DNA of 62,587 bases, the filler included, from Antechinus flavipes (lineage: Eukaryota), in assembly GCF_016432865.1 (NCBI RefSeq). It is 3 parts of 2 records of this genome, joined end to end, with 100 filler letters (N's around TTAATTAATTAA, not from the genome) between each part and the next. Parts side by side here need not be neighbours in the genome. Positions count along the whole stretch, not along the records: positions 1 to 31,028 come from NC_067399.1; 2 more parts are not named here. One strand, given 5' to 3'. Shown here one piece after another: positions 1 to 10,781 of the stretch. The stretch's first letter is position 1. Every line of letters begins with the position of its first letter. The notes below the pieces were generated by a model that saw nothing but the letters and a program-made list of their open reading frames with translations, had not been told where the DNA came from and did not search any database. The position numbers and the translations under genes are program-made.

Positions 1-180
1 AAGAGAAGAGAGGGAGAAAGGACAGAGATCAGAGATGGGATGAGGGAGAAGAAGCAGGAGAAAAATGGGAGAGGGAGAAAGTGAAATAGGGGGAGAAAGG
101 AGAGAGAAAGGACACACAAAGAGAGACAAAAAGGAGAAAGAGGAGAGAGATGGAAACAGTGAAACATACAGAAACATAGA
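1..180. repeat. GA-rich low-complexity tract
   Basis: Almost purely purine (A/G) run at the contig start. Confidence 0.7.
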
Positions 181-331
181 GAAAATTATCCAGAAACTTA
201 ATAGACCCTTCTTTATAGTTGTGTTCCTTGTGGGAATTCATGATTTTCCTACTCTTTTCTCAGAACAGTTATATGGGACAGTTCAAGGTCATCAGAACTG
301 AGAGCCCAAATCCTTCCAGGGAATGAAAGAC

Positions 332-674
332 TGTGAAGACTGAGTTAGCTCCCTGGGTGCCTTAGAATCAGTCAGAGTCAGGATAAGCAAAAGTCATTGG
401 TCTTTACTCTTGGTCGTTAGGGATAGAAGTGAAGGGGATGGATGCAGGATCTCTACGACCTTCCTTCTCCTCTACCACCAAAGTGACCCTGGCTTGTCTT
501 ACTCCACCCCCTAATCCTTCCCACAATCCTCTGTATGCACCAAAAGATCGAGCCAGCACAGAATAGTGGGAAGGACCATTTTCCAAGCATATGCCCATAG
601 AGTAGTGTCCAATCAGTAGTTAGCCTTAAGTGCTCGGTTGTCCGACCTCAGTGCATCAACTCAGAGTTTCAACA
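332..674 (-). mobile_element. Solo ERV LTR (343 bp), possibly class II
   Basis: Minus strand starts TGTTGAAAC and ends GTCTTCACA (TG...CA); contains a CCAAT box and an AGTAAA signal near the 3' end; flanked by a 6-bp near-duplication aaagac (326-331) / gaagac (675-680). Confidence 0.6.
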
Positions 675-2355
675 GAAGACAACTGAGCTCTTACTTAACT
701 CTATTGATCACAGATTCCCCTTTTCCAACCCAGCAGTCTACCTTTACTACCTTTCCTTTTATGCCAATACCAGGAATCCACTGATCTCTCTCATTTCTCT
801 GAATTCCCTTTTGTCCTTTCTAGAGATCCGAAGTATTAAGAGAAGGGAATGGAACGGGGAGAGACAGCAGAGCTGGATGAATAGCCTTACCATACCTCCT
901 TTTCCTGACTTTGCTCTATATAGGAGGATTTTGGTTCACAGGCAGACATTGGAATAAACACAGTGTCTTGATTATGGAAAACGGTTCTTCAACCTTTGTT
1001 CCTGGACTCAAAGGGAATCTAAACTTTATTTTCTAAAAATAAACCCTGAACTCTAACCACTGCCAAATGAATCCTAATATGGGTACAAGGACACAGAAGT
1101 GGTTGCTCTCCCATCCCGAACATGGCATTGCTCTGGTATTTACATCCAACTCCTAGAGCCAGGAAAGAATGAAGGAAAATTTGTAGGTCAATTTTATTGC
1201 CTAAATTGTGGCCGAAAATGGTTCACTCTTCAGAGCTAAAGGTAGCTAGAATTTTTGGCATTTAATCATCAGCTGTGATTATCATCAGTGCATCAGGCAG
1301 TTAAAAATTAGTGATTTGCCTGAGGACTGTGGTTGCCCATCTCAACAAGGTACAATGGATCTGGAATAAGGGAGACTGGAGGTCCTATCCCATCTTAGAA
1401 TTTAGTATTTGAATAGAGTGTGCTATTTATCAAGGCCTTTCTGAGCCTCCGTTTCTTCATGTATAAATAACAGTTGGTATTTCAGATTACAAGGATCAAG
1501 TAGCATAATGTGTAAGAGTTGCCTAGCAAACCTCAATGCTGTATATAAATGTGTGCTCCGCAAAGAAGCTGTGATTTCATAAGCTTTATTCTTGATGTAA
1601 GAACTCTTTCTACCAAAGGAGATTTGCAAACTTAGGACCAAGTTAGTAAGTCAGTCTGTAAATAAGCATTTATTAAGTACCTATTACGTGCCAAACACTG
1701 TTCTAAATTCTAGGGTGTTGCCTGAAGCTTATAGAAATTAATGACTTGCCTTGATCAGACAACTAATAATAGAGACAAGATACGAATCTAGTTTTTTGTT
1801 TTTGTTCTGTTTTTTATTTTTTCACTCCAAATCCAGTGCTCTATCCACTATACTACCCTACCTCTCTACACCCATCATTACCCTTTCTAATAATGTTTGT
1901 TTGAGAGGATTTAGATATAAAATAAAAGAACTGATACAATAAAATGAAGACCACGAGAATAAATTCATTCATCCCAGTTTAGACCATCCATATGCAAGCA
2001 TGATAGCAACTAATGAATAAGTATTTATTAGGCCCCTACTATCTTTCAGGCACTGGAGATACAAAGATAAAGGATGAAACAATCCTCTAAATTAATGAAA
2101 ACAGGATAGAGAAAAAGAGGAGCATCTAAGTTAATCCTAGATGAAAGATGAAATATAAAGAGTAAATTGCAAACATGGAGGTTGGCTTATAAGTACAGAG
2201 GTAGGAAATCAAATGTTGAATTTAGAAAGCAATAGTTGTGATTCAATCCATCTGACTACAATGTAGAGTGCATGAGGGGGAAAATTGAATGAAATAAGGC
2301 TAGAAAAGTAGGCTGCAGACAGATGGTAGGTAACCTTGAATACCAGACTAATGAT

Positions 2356-3770
2356 TTTTTTTTCACTTAGTATTTTATTTTTTCCAATTACAAGTAAAGA
2401 TAGTTTTCAATATTCATTTTGAAAAGAGATTTTGAGTTCCAAAATTTTCTCCCTCTCTCTCCCCTCCCCCCTTTAGAAAACAAGCAACTTGATATAAGAT
2501 AACATATGTATAACAATGTTAAACATTTCCACATTAGTCATGTTGTGAAACGAGTCAGAACCAAAGGAAAAAAACACAAGAAAGAAAAAAAAACAACAAC
2601 AACAAAAATGTGAAAATAGTATGTTTTGATCTGCAATCAGACTCCACAGTTCTCTCTCTGGATGTGGATAGCATTTCCAATCACAAATCTTTTGGAATTG
2701 TTTTGAATCACTGTATTGCTGAGAAGAACTAATTAGATTGTCACACAATGTTGCTATGTTCTCCCGGTTCTGCTCACTTCACTCAGCATCAGTTCATGTA
2801 AATCTTCCCAGGTTTTTTCCTGAACACTGCATGCTCATCATTTCTTTTAGCACAATAGTATTCCATTACATTCATATACCACAACTTGTTTAGCCATTCT
2901 TCAATTAATGGGCATCTTCCTAATTTCCAATTCTTTGCCATCATAAAAAGAGCTGCTATATTTCTATAGATATAGGTTGTTTCCCCTTTTTAATATCTTT
3001 GGGATACAAACCCCACAGGGACACTGCTGGTTCTAAGGGTATGCAAAGTTTGATAGCCCTTTGAGCACAGTTCCAAACCACTTTTCAGAATGGTTGGATC
3101 AGTTCACAACTCCACCAACAATGCATTAGTGTCCAACATTTATCACTTTCTGATAGATGTGAGATGGTGCCTCAGTTGCTTTATTTTTCATTTTCTAATC
3201 ACTTAAGAGTATTTCTTCAATTTAACTATACATAGCTTTAATTTCTTCATCTGAAAATATTCATTCATATTTTTGATCAGTTACCAATTGGAGAGATTTG
3301 CATTCTTATAAACTTGACTCATTTATGAAAAAGAAGACTTCATCAGAAACACTGACTGTAAAAATTGTTTACCAGCTTTCTGCTTTCCTTCTAATCTTAT
3401 TTGTGCAAAGCCTTTTTAACTTAATGAAATCAAATTATCCATTTTGTATTTCATGTTTTCTATCTAATGCTTGGTCATAAATTCCTCCCTTCTCCATAGC
3501 TCTGACAGATAAACTATTCCTTATTCTCCTAATTTGCTTATGGCACCACCTTTTATGTCTAAATCATGCACCCATTTCCTTATCTTGATATAGGATATAA
3601 GATGTTAGTCTATGCTTAGTTTCTGCCATGCAGTTTTCCCAGCAGCTTTTGTTAAATAGTGGTTTTTATCTCAGAAGCTGAAATCTCTGGGTTTCTCAAA
3701 TAGATTATTATAGTTATTTACTGTCTTGTGTACTTAACTTATTCCACTGATCTACCATGTAAAAAAATTT
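2356..3770 (-). mobile_element. LINE-1 3' portion (older marsupial L1)
   Basis: T-rich tail at the left, then reverse-complement L1 3' UTR and ORF2 C-terminal motifs (cattccattacattcatataccacaacttg, gatgggcat, ccaccaacaatgcattagtgtc). Confidence 0.8.
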
Positions 3771-4084
3771 TTTTATATTGCAACTTTCTGAGAACAACAT
3801 GGTCAGATATACACTTAAAGAATATTACTTTAGAAAGCCAACTGTGCAAATGATGGATTGCAGAAAAGAGAAACAGGAGAAAGGAGGACCAAATGAGGAG
3901 TTCTTACAGTAGATCAAATGAAAGATATTGAAAGGCTTGAACTAAGATGATGATCTTTCGAATGAAGAAAAAGGAATAGATGTAAGAGATGTTAAAGAAT
4001 GGATCTTAACCTGAGAAATAAGAACTTGTTTTTTGAATATATTTAATGACTATTTCAACATAATTGATTTCCTTTAAAATCCAA

Positions 4085-5215
4085 TAGGTATGTCTATCAA
4101 ATGGAGAATGCCTGAACAAATTGTAGGATGTGATTGTGATGGAATACTATTGTGCTATAAGAAATGACAAGCAGGATGCTTTTAGGAAAAAACCTGGAAA
4201 AGACTGATATGGACTGATGCAAAGTGATGTGAGCAGAACCAGGAAAACATCGTATACAGTAACAGCAATACTGTATTATGATCAACTGTGCATGACTTAG
4301 CTATTCTCAGCAACACAATGATCCAAGACAATTCTGAAGAATACATGATGAAAAATGCTATCCACCTCTGGAGAAAGAACTGATGAAATCTGAATGCAGA
4401 TGGTGTTGTGCTACAGTTCCCTTTTATTGTCCTGACTCAGTTTCCCTAATTGTCCTACCTCAGTTTCCCTAAATTGTTCTGCCTCAATCCCCTTGCAACC
4501 CTTCCTCCTTTTTTCATTAGGACTAGGATAATTAGGGCTGTAGCTGATAACTCTGACATTCCAAAAGATAAAACTCCAGATGTCCTATCTCAAATACCTA
4601 ATTGGTGTCTTCTGAGTTCAGATTTCCTGGCTCTTAACTCCTAAGTTATCAAAAATTTATGGTCCTATCCCCCACCCCCTCCCGCAACCTGTCAGTCCCT
4701 GGAAATTTCCGCCGTTTACCCATGTTCCCACTCTACCTCCTCCTTGATCTTGGAGCCATGTATATAAAAACTATTGGAATCTCACATTCACTGCTGGATT
4801 CTTTGAGACCAAAGTCTGATTCATCCTTGGGACCAAAATGGATCCTTGGGTCCCAGAAAATCTTTCCCTCTCAGAAATCCAAATAAAATATTAAAAATTC
4901 TCTAATCTCTATCTTGCCTCAGTTTCTCCAGCATCACAATGGAAACATACTTTAAAAAACACTATTATTTTTTGAGTTTTTTTTGGGTTTGGGAGCAGGG
5001 ACTGTTTTCTTTGGCAACATGACTAATATGGAAATGTTTGACATGACAGCATATGTAAAATCTACACAAAACTGCTACCTTTACAAAGAGTGTAGAGGGA
5101 TAGCAGGGAAGGAGGGAATTTGGACCCCAAAATTTTAAAAAATGAATGTTAAAAATTTAGCTTAAGTTTAGTTTTTGTTGTAATTGAGAAAAAATAAAAT
5201 AGAAATATTTTAAAA
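4085..5215 (+). mobile_element. LINE-1 3' end, interrupted by a solo LTR
   Basis: ORF2 C-terminal remnant (gaatggctgaacaaattgt-like, atggaatactattgtgctataagaaatga) and an A-rich tail near 5190-5210; the L1 sequence resumes after 4942. Confidence 0.8.
4404..4938 (+). mobile_element. Solo ERV LTR (535 bp), ERV1-like
   Basis: Termini TGTTGTGCT...AGCATCACA; exact 4-bp duplication ATGG (4400-4403, 4939-4942); U3 with about three 23-bp tandem units; TATATAAA at 4761-4768; AATAAA at 4882-4887. Confidence 0.8.
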
Positions 5216-5914
5216 ATCCAGTTAGATCTCTAAGATGGTTGTATAGACTGTTCGGGAAAAACTAGCTTAGGCTAGTTTACATGGCAGGAACTTTAGCAGA
5301 TGTAGCACCTACCACAGCAATGTGGGTGAAATGGTGAAGATTTATGGCAACGGAGGCTGGGATGCCTCTAAACCCAGGAATTCTGAAGTATAAACTATTT
5401 TGATGTCTTCCCCATTCCCATACGAACTTCTTTTCTAAGTGTGAGAATCGTTAATTTTCTGTTCCTCTGGTGCAAGGCTGAATTGGAACATTTCTGCAGA
5501 AGTTAATGGAGACCAGGAAGATACTGAAATGAAGCCCTCCAATAAGGTGGCCTGCAGCCCATTTTAAGAGTGTCATCTTTTTTGATTTTCAATTATAATC
5601 AATATCACACAGTTGAACACTTAATTATACTTTTGTTTCACCTTTGTAAATTTTGCTTTTTCAACCAGATAAGATCCTTGAGGGCAGAGACCATGCTATA
5701 TATTTCTTTTATACAGCCTTCATGGTGCTTTGTATTGAGCAAGACTTGGTATAGCTTTAAAAAAAAAAAAAGAAAAAGAAAAAGCTCTGGATTTGGAGTC
5801 AGAAGACCTGGATTCAAATTCTGAAACTGCTACTTATTATTTGTGCGATTTTTGACAAGTTATTCCTTTGTTGACAAATGAAAGTTAAATGAATCGGCAG
5901 TTCACTAAGTAGTC

Positions 5915-6275
5915 ACTTATCTCCTGGGTCCTTGACACCCTTTCAGGGTTTTTGAGGTCAAAACTATTTTCATAGTAATAATTTTTGTGCCTATTCTTTT
6001 TGAACTATATATCTATATAAGGCTATTCAATCAATGCAATGTATTGCAACAGATTGAAGCATAAGCAGATATGAAAATCCAATTGTCTTCTATTAAGCTG
6101 AATATTAAAGAAATTTGCAAAAATATGTAAAACAATTTCATTCTTTTTAAATGAATCAATATAAATTAATAAACATTAAGCTCTTTGAGGTCCTCAATAA
6201 TTAGAGTAAAGGGATCTTAAATAATTCTTAAGTAGAAAGGGATCCTGAGATCAAAAAACTTGAGAACCATTCAAC
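5915..6275. mobile_element. Non-autonomous hAT/Charlie-type DNA transposon remnant (MER3/MER33-like)
   Basis: Motifs gaggtcaaaactattttcata, gcagatatgaaaatccaattgtcttctattaagc and ttgagaacca resemble Charlie1-derived MITEs. Confidence 0.55.
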
Positions 6276-8420
6276 TGGATGATCCTCAAGGTTTCTTCTA
6301 AGTTTTAAAATCTCATAGTTCAATAATATGTTTGATAAATTATCTTGATGGGTTCAAGGTTTAGTATCCTGCCAATTACCATTCCAGGTGCAGACTCACC
6401 TTCTAAGACAGAGAATTCTAAGCAATCCTCATTTTCTAAGATATAAGGTTAGAGACACTGACTTCTATTTTGTTCAATGGCCATTGGCCAGTGATACTCT
6501 CTTGGCTATTATAGTGTTTGCACTCAAATGTTTAACCCACTGCAAGGTGGGTTACCAAAAAATATGGGTAGGCCCCTCTAGAGATCCATGAAACTGTTGC
6601 TGAGGTTGAAGGAAATAAGGGCATTAAATGTAACTGTAAAGAGTCTTTGCTTCAGCTCCCCAAGGAAAGGGGATTTCAGTCAATCAAGTGTTGCTCAAAG
6701 GTAATTAATTACCATTACTCCCTTGAGATAAGCACATGCTCTCTTCAGGTCCTCTTTCATTTATGGAAACAAATATGGAATTTGGTTATCCACAGAACTT
6801 TTCAGCCAGATTAACAAGCAAAACTGAGGTAAACTAATGAGAGCAGGTACACAGTGGCTACATAAGCATGAGCAAGTCACTTAAATTCTCAGTACCCAAG
6901 GCATTCTCTAAGGCTATACATTGCAGATCCATTGCTGTTTGTGTCGATGGAGACACTTTCCTAATGGTGAATTCATGGACAGAAAAGCAAAAATTAATAC
7001 CTTTTCCTTCCCATCATGAATCTTTAATTTCCTGCTTTAAAAGGAAAACTTATCTTCTCTGAGCATTTATCTCATCCTTTGGTTCTCTATTGAATGGTAG
7101 TAGAGATGGATGGTACTCCATGGCCCTAGATGAGGATCATCCATTTTCTTGTGTTCTTCATCTCTCCTTTATCCCTAGTCTTGACAAATTTGGATAATTA
7201 CAGTTGTGTGACAACTCTTAGAACTCAACATGCTCATACGTATTCTTACTCTCTCAGACCCTCACACAAATTCATTTCTTTAAAAGTTTATTTCTGGTGA
7301 ATACAAAAAAATAATTTCTGTGGCCAGATAAATAGCATACAGACACTATGACATCAGGGATGGACCATTCCTGATTCCTTCTGGATTCGCAGCCTGAAGA
7401 AGGCAAGCTGCCAAGCAAAAACCTGTCTCATACACCCTGGAACAATTGAGTCCGAGGTTCAGCATTTAAAACATGGATGCTTGTAAGAAAGGTAAGGAAG
7501 CAGATTCACAGCAAGAAAAGGGTTGAACTTCAATTAGAAAAAAAATCCCTTCATAGTGTTTTCTTTTTTTTAAGAAAAATCAACATAAAGTCCATTTCTA
7601 ACGACATAACACATTACCATTTATAGAGGGAGAAAGATGGAGCCAGTGAAGGGTAGGAATCTTATGGGATGTCAAGAGCATCTTAGTCCATTAACCCAGA
7701 ATGCAAAGTCTGTGGGAGGTTTGGCCCAATCCCAGGGAGAAGACATTTAATTTACTTGCAATATTTCTCTAAAGCAGAGAGACTCAGATACCACAGAGAA
7801 ATGGGGACTTGGAGACTTTTATGAACTTAAAACTTGAGAAATCTATATATTGCATATTCATTTTCACCTTCCAGAATTCCAAAACTAGCAGCGGTGCCAT
7901 TTTTTTTCCCAGATGGAGAGTGGGAAAGATAATTTGCACTAGATAGTAGGAAAACATGATTCCAGAGGAACTTTTAATGAAGTCTGCTGCCCACCTCCGG
8001 ATAGAGAATGATAGTTTTTGGTCCTGATCAATTGGGGATTGATTTTTGACTTTGCTCATCTATAAAGGTTTTGGATTTCTTCACCCCTTGTGGTATTCTT
8101 CTTACTCCCACCCCCTACCTTCCTCAATAAATACAATTTATTCAATAAAACGGTAGGACAGAGGGGGAAAAATGCTTGTTTACTGAAAAACAAAACTAAA
8201 ATTAAGTAGTGGGAAAGATAACTCAGGCTGTAATCCATAATTCACAAAGCTGAATTCAGTGAAGTTTCCTACTATCTTGTTCTGTCTTTACACGTCTTTA
8301 TACTGCACCACAAAGAAGACTAGCCCTTATATGGAGCGACCGGGCTCAATAAGTGCTCCAGCTTTTACTCTGAACAAATACACAAATTTAAGCTGTTTGT
8401 ATCTAAGGCTGTAGAGATAT

Positions 8421-8426
8421 TTTATT
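8421..8426 (-). terminator. TLN2: Candidate distal poly(A) signal of TLN2
   Basis: AATAAA on the minus strand followed about 35-45 nt later by a U/GU-rich element (TTTGTGTATTTGTT); about 4.6 kb past the stop codon. Confidence 0.4.
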
Positions 8427-9643
8427 TGTGTTTCCAGTGTTATCTTCTTCTTTGGGTTCTAGAAGAGCCCTTATTATAAGAGTATAATCTAAATTACATC
8501 TTTATTTTAATCTAGAAATTTGGTTTAAAGCATAGACAAAAAGTCATGACTAAAGGTGGAAGATTATTAACCCCATCTTTCAAGTCTATATACTAACTAC
8601 ATAAATCTCCTTTGGGAGAATGATTTTGCACCTTTCCCTTTCTGCTAATTTAAAAATGGCCCAGTGCAACAATATGGACAGGAAACTTAATTAAGAAGAA
8701 GGCACAAGGTTCTGGGAGACACCCAAGGAAAAACCATTTCTTTGATTAGGAGAGGGAGGCTGGACAGGACATTTTGAGTTAGTGGATGCAAGGGATTTCT
8801 AAAAGCTGGGCCTGGGGGCTATAGTCCAAATTCTAGTGAGGTACCTTAGTCAGTGGTACTAGAAATACCAGCTGGCAACTCTGCATATGCCTCTGACGGA
8901 CACAGACATTCTCATAGTCATTCTCTCTCTCTTACACACACACACAGGAGAGAAATTAAAAATCTAATAGTAAATCTTACAGATCATAGTATCACAATAG
9001 AACCCAAATTCTAAATTTTTTTTTTTTTTAGATTTTAAATTTTTAGATTTTTGTGTGGTTTTTCTCTCTTGTTGGTGATGGTAAAGAAGATTGTAAATTT
9101 GTTTTGTCCATACACTCACTGGGTACATATTAACAAGAGCACACTCTCAGAAAACCAGTACTTGCAAATATAAGATGCCATTAAGAGTTAATTTCTATAA
9201 ATCTCATTTCTTCTATGAAATTAGTTTGTAAAGAAGCTTAAGATGTGTACTTCTTAGGCTGGACTCTAAGCAGAGCAGAGGCTCAGGACCTATCACGGCT
9301 GGTCTAACATTTCCTATCACCTTGTTAAAGTCCAAATTTCAAAAAGCTATACTTTATGAGTTTCCAGTTTTCCTCTATTTTATGCACTGATGCTTGGTAT
9401 TGATTAGGAGATGAATCAATAATTAAAGTCTATGACTGAAGATAAAACATTTAGTACCTGTGACTTTTGGACCTTTTAGCCCTTTGCCCTAATATCTTTT
9501 TGCAAAAAAAATCAGATTATCTTGGGGTATCTTATCTTACTGATCAGTTTCATCTCTGGGCCTAGTTCAGTTTTGGAGCAATGGAGATCATTTTACAAAG
9601 AGAAACACTAAGTTGCTTCCTGTTATTCATTTCAAAGTGACTT

Positions 9644-9783
9644 TTTCTTTTTCTTCTGAGGCAATTGGGATTAAGTGACTTGCCCAGGGTCACACAGCTA
9701 GGAAGTGTCTGAGAACAGATTTAAATTCAGGTCCTCTTGACTTCAGGGCTGGTGCTCTATCTACTGCACCACCTAGCTGCCCC
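9644..9783 (-). mobile_element. Marsupial tRNA/MIR-derived SINE (WSINE1/SINE1-type) with target-site duplication
   Basis: Core ttaagtgacttgcccagggtcacacagctagg; flanked by the exact 11-bp duplication caaagtgactt (9633-9643, 9784-9794). Confidence 0.8.
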
Positions 9784-10771
9784 CAAAGTGACTTCTTAAA
9801 TACTCAACAACAACTTTTCAGTTGGCAGGCCTTTGGACTATAGGGATCAAAATAAAACTCTAGGTCCTAAATAAGAAAAAAAAAGCCAGACCAGCACATC
9901 TCACATTTAATAGGCAATCTAATCTTGTTTATATCTCTATGGGTGACCCTTGTCTAAACCAGATATTTAGAGAGCCTTGATTATCACCTCCTTGTTGACA
10001 GAACTGTCAAGATCGGATTTGGAATCGGGAGACTTGGACCCGAGTCCTCACTATTATTTACCAGCTATGTGACTTTCATCAAATCACTTCATCTCTCCCT
10101 CTTTTGGCCTTAATTTTCTCCTAGTAAAATAAGGAGTGGGAAGTTGGATTAAGTCAGGGTTTTTAAGCTCAGATTGTAAACTTTTATAATTATATTTCAA
10201 TTTCTTATGTAATCCTATATATTTTATTTTACATATTTAATAAACAATCTGAGAAGGGGTCTAGAAGTTTCAAAGTGACAAAGGGGTTCAGAACTCAAAG
10301 ATTTAAGGACCCCCTCTGTGTATAGCTATGATCTTATGAAAAGAAAGTGATTTCTTGGAACAAAGACTCATATTTGGAGATACTGTCTTTCAGAAAACTC
10401 TGAATTTTAGGGAGAGGAAGATGCTCTCTTAAAAATATAAGAGGTAAGATCTAGAGGGAACAACTGCTAAGAATGTCTAAACCTACCACCAAGCCATATA
10501 CCATTTTATGGATAAAACAGCTCACATCTAATCGCCCAAAATGAAGTTACTCACATAAGGTGTTTTGTGTGTGTGTGTGTGCTACATACATGCTAAGAGA
10601 GGAAAGCAGCAGCTAAGGCTACACTGCATGGAATAATCTATTCTGAAAAAAAAAAAAAAGCATCCAGAAGGGTAACAGCAGCAGCAAACCCTGACAAAGG
10701 GGACATTTAGACTCTACAAAAATAAACTTCGTCTTTCTTTCCTGTTCCTCATAGCTGCAAAGAATTTGGCT

Positions 10772-10781
10772 TTTATTTATT
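10772..10781 (-). terminator. TLN2: Candidate proximal poly(A) signal of TLN2 (overlapping AATAAATAAA)
   Basis: First canonical AATAAA I found on the minus strand after the stop codon, about 2.3 kb downstream. Confidence 0.4.
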
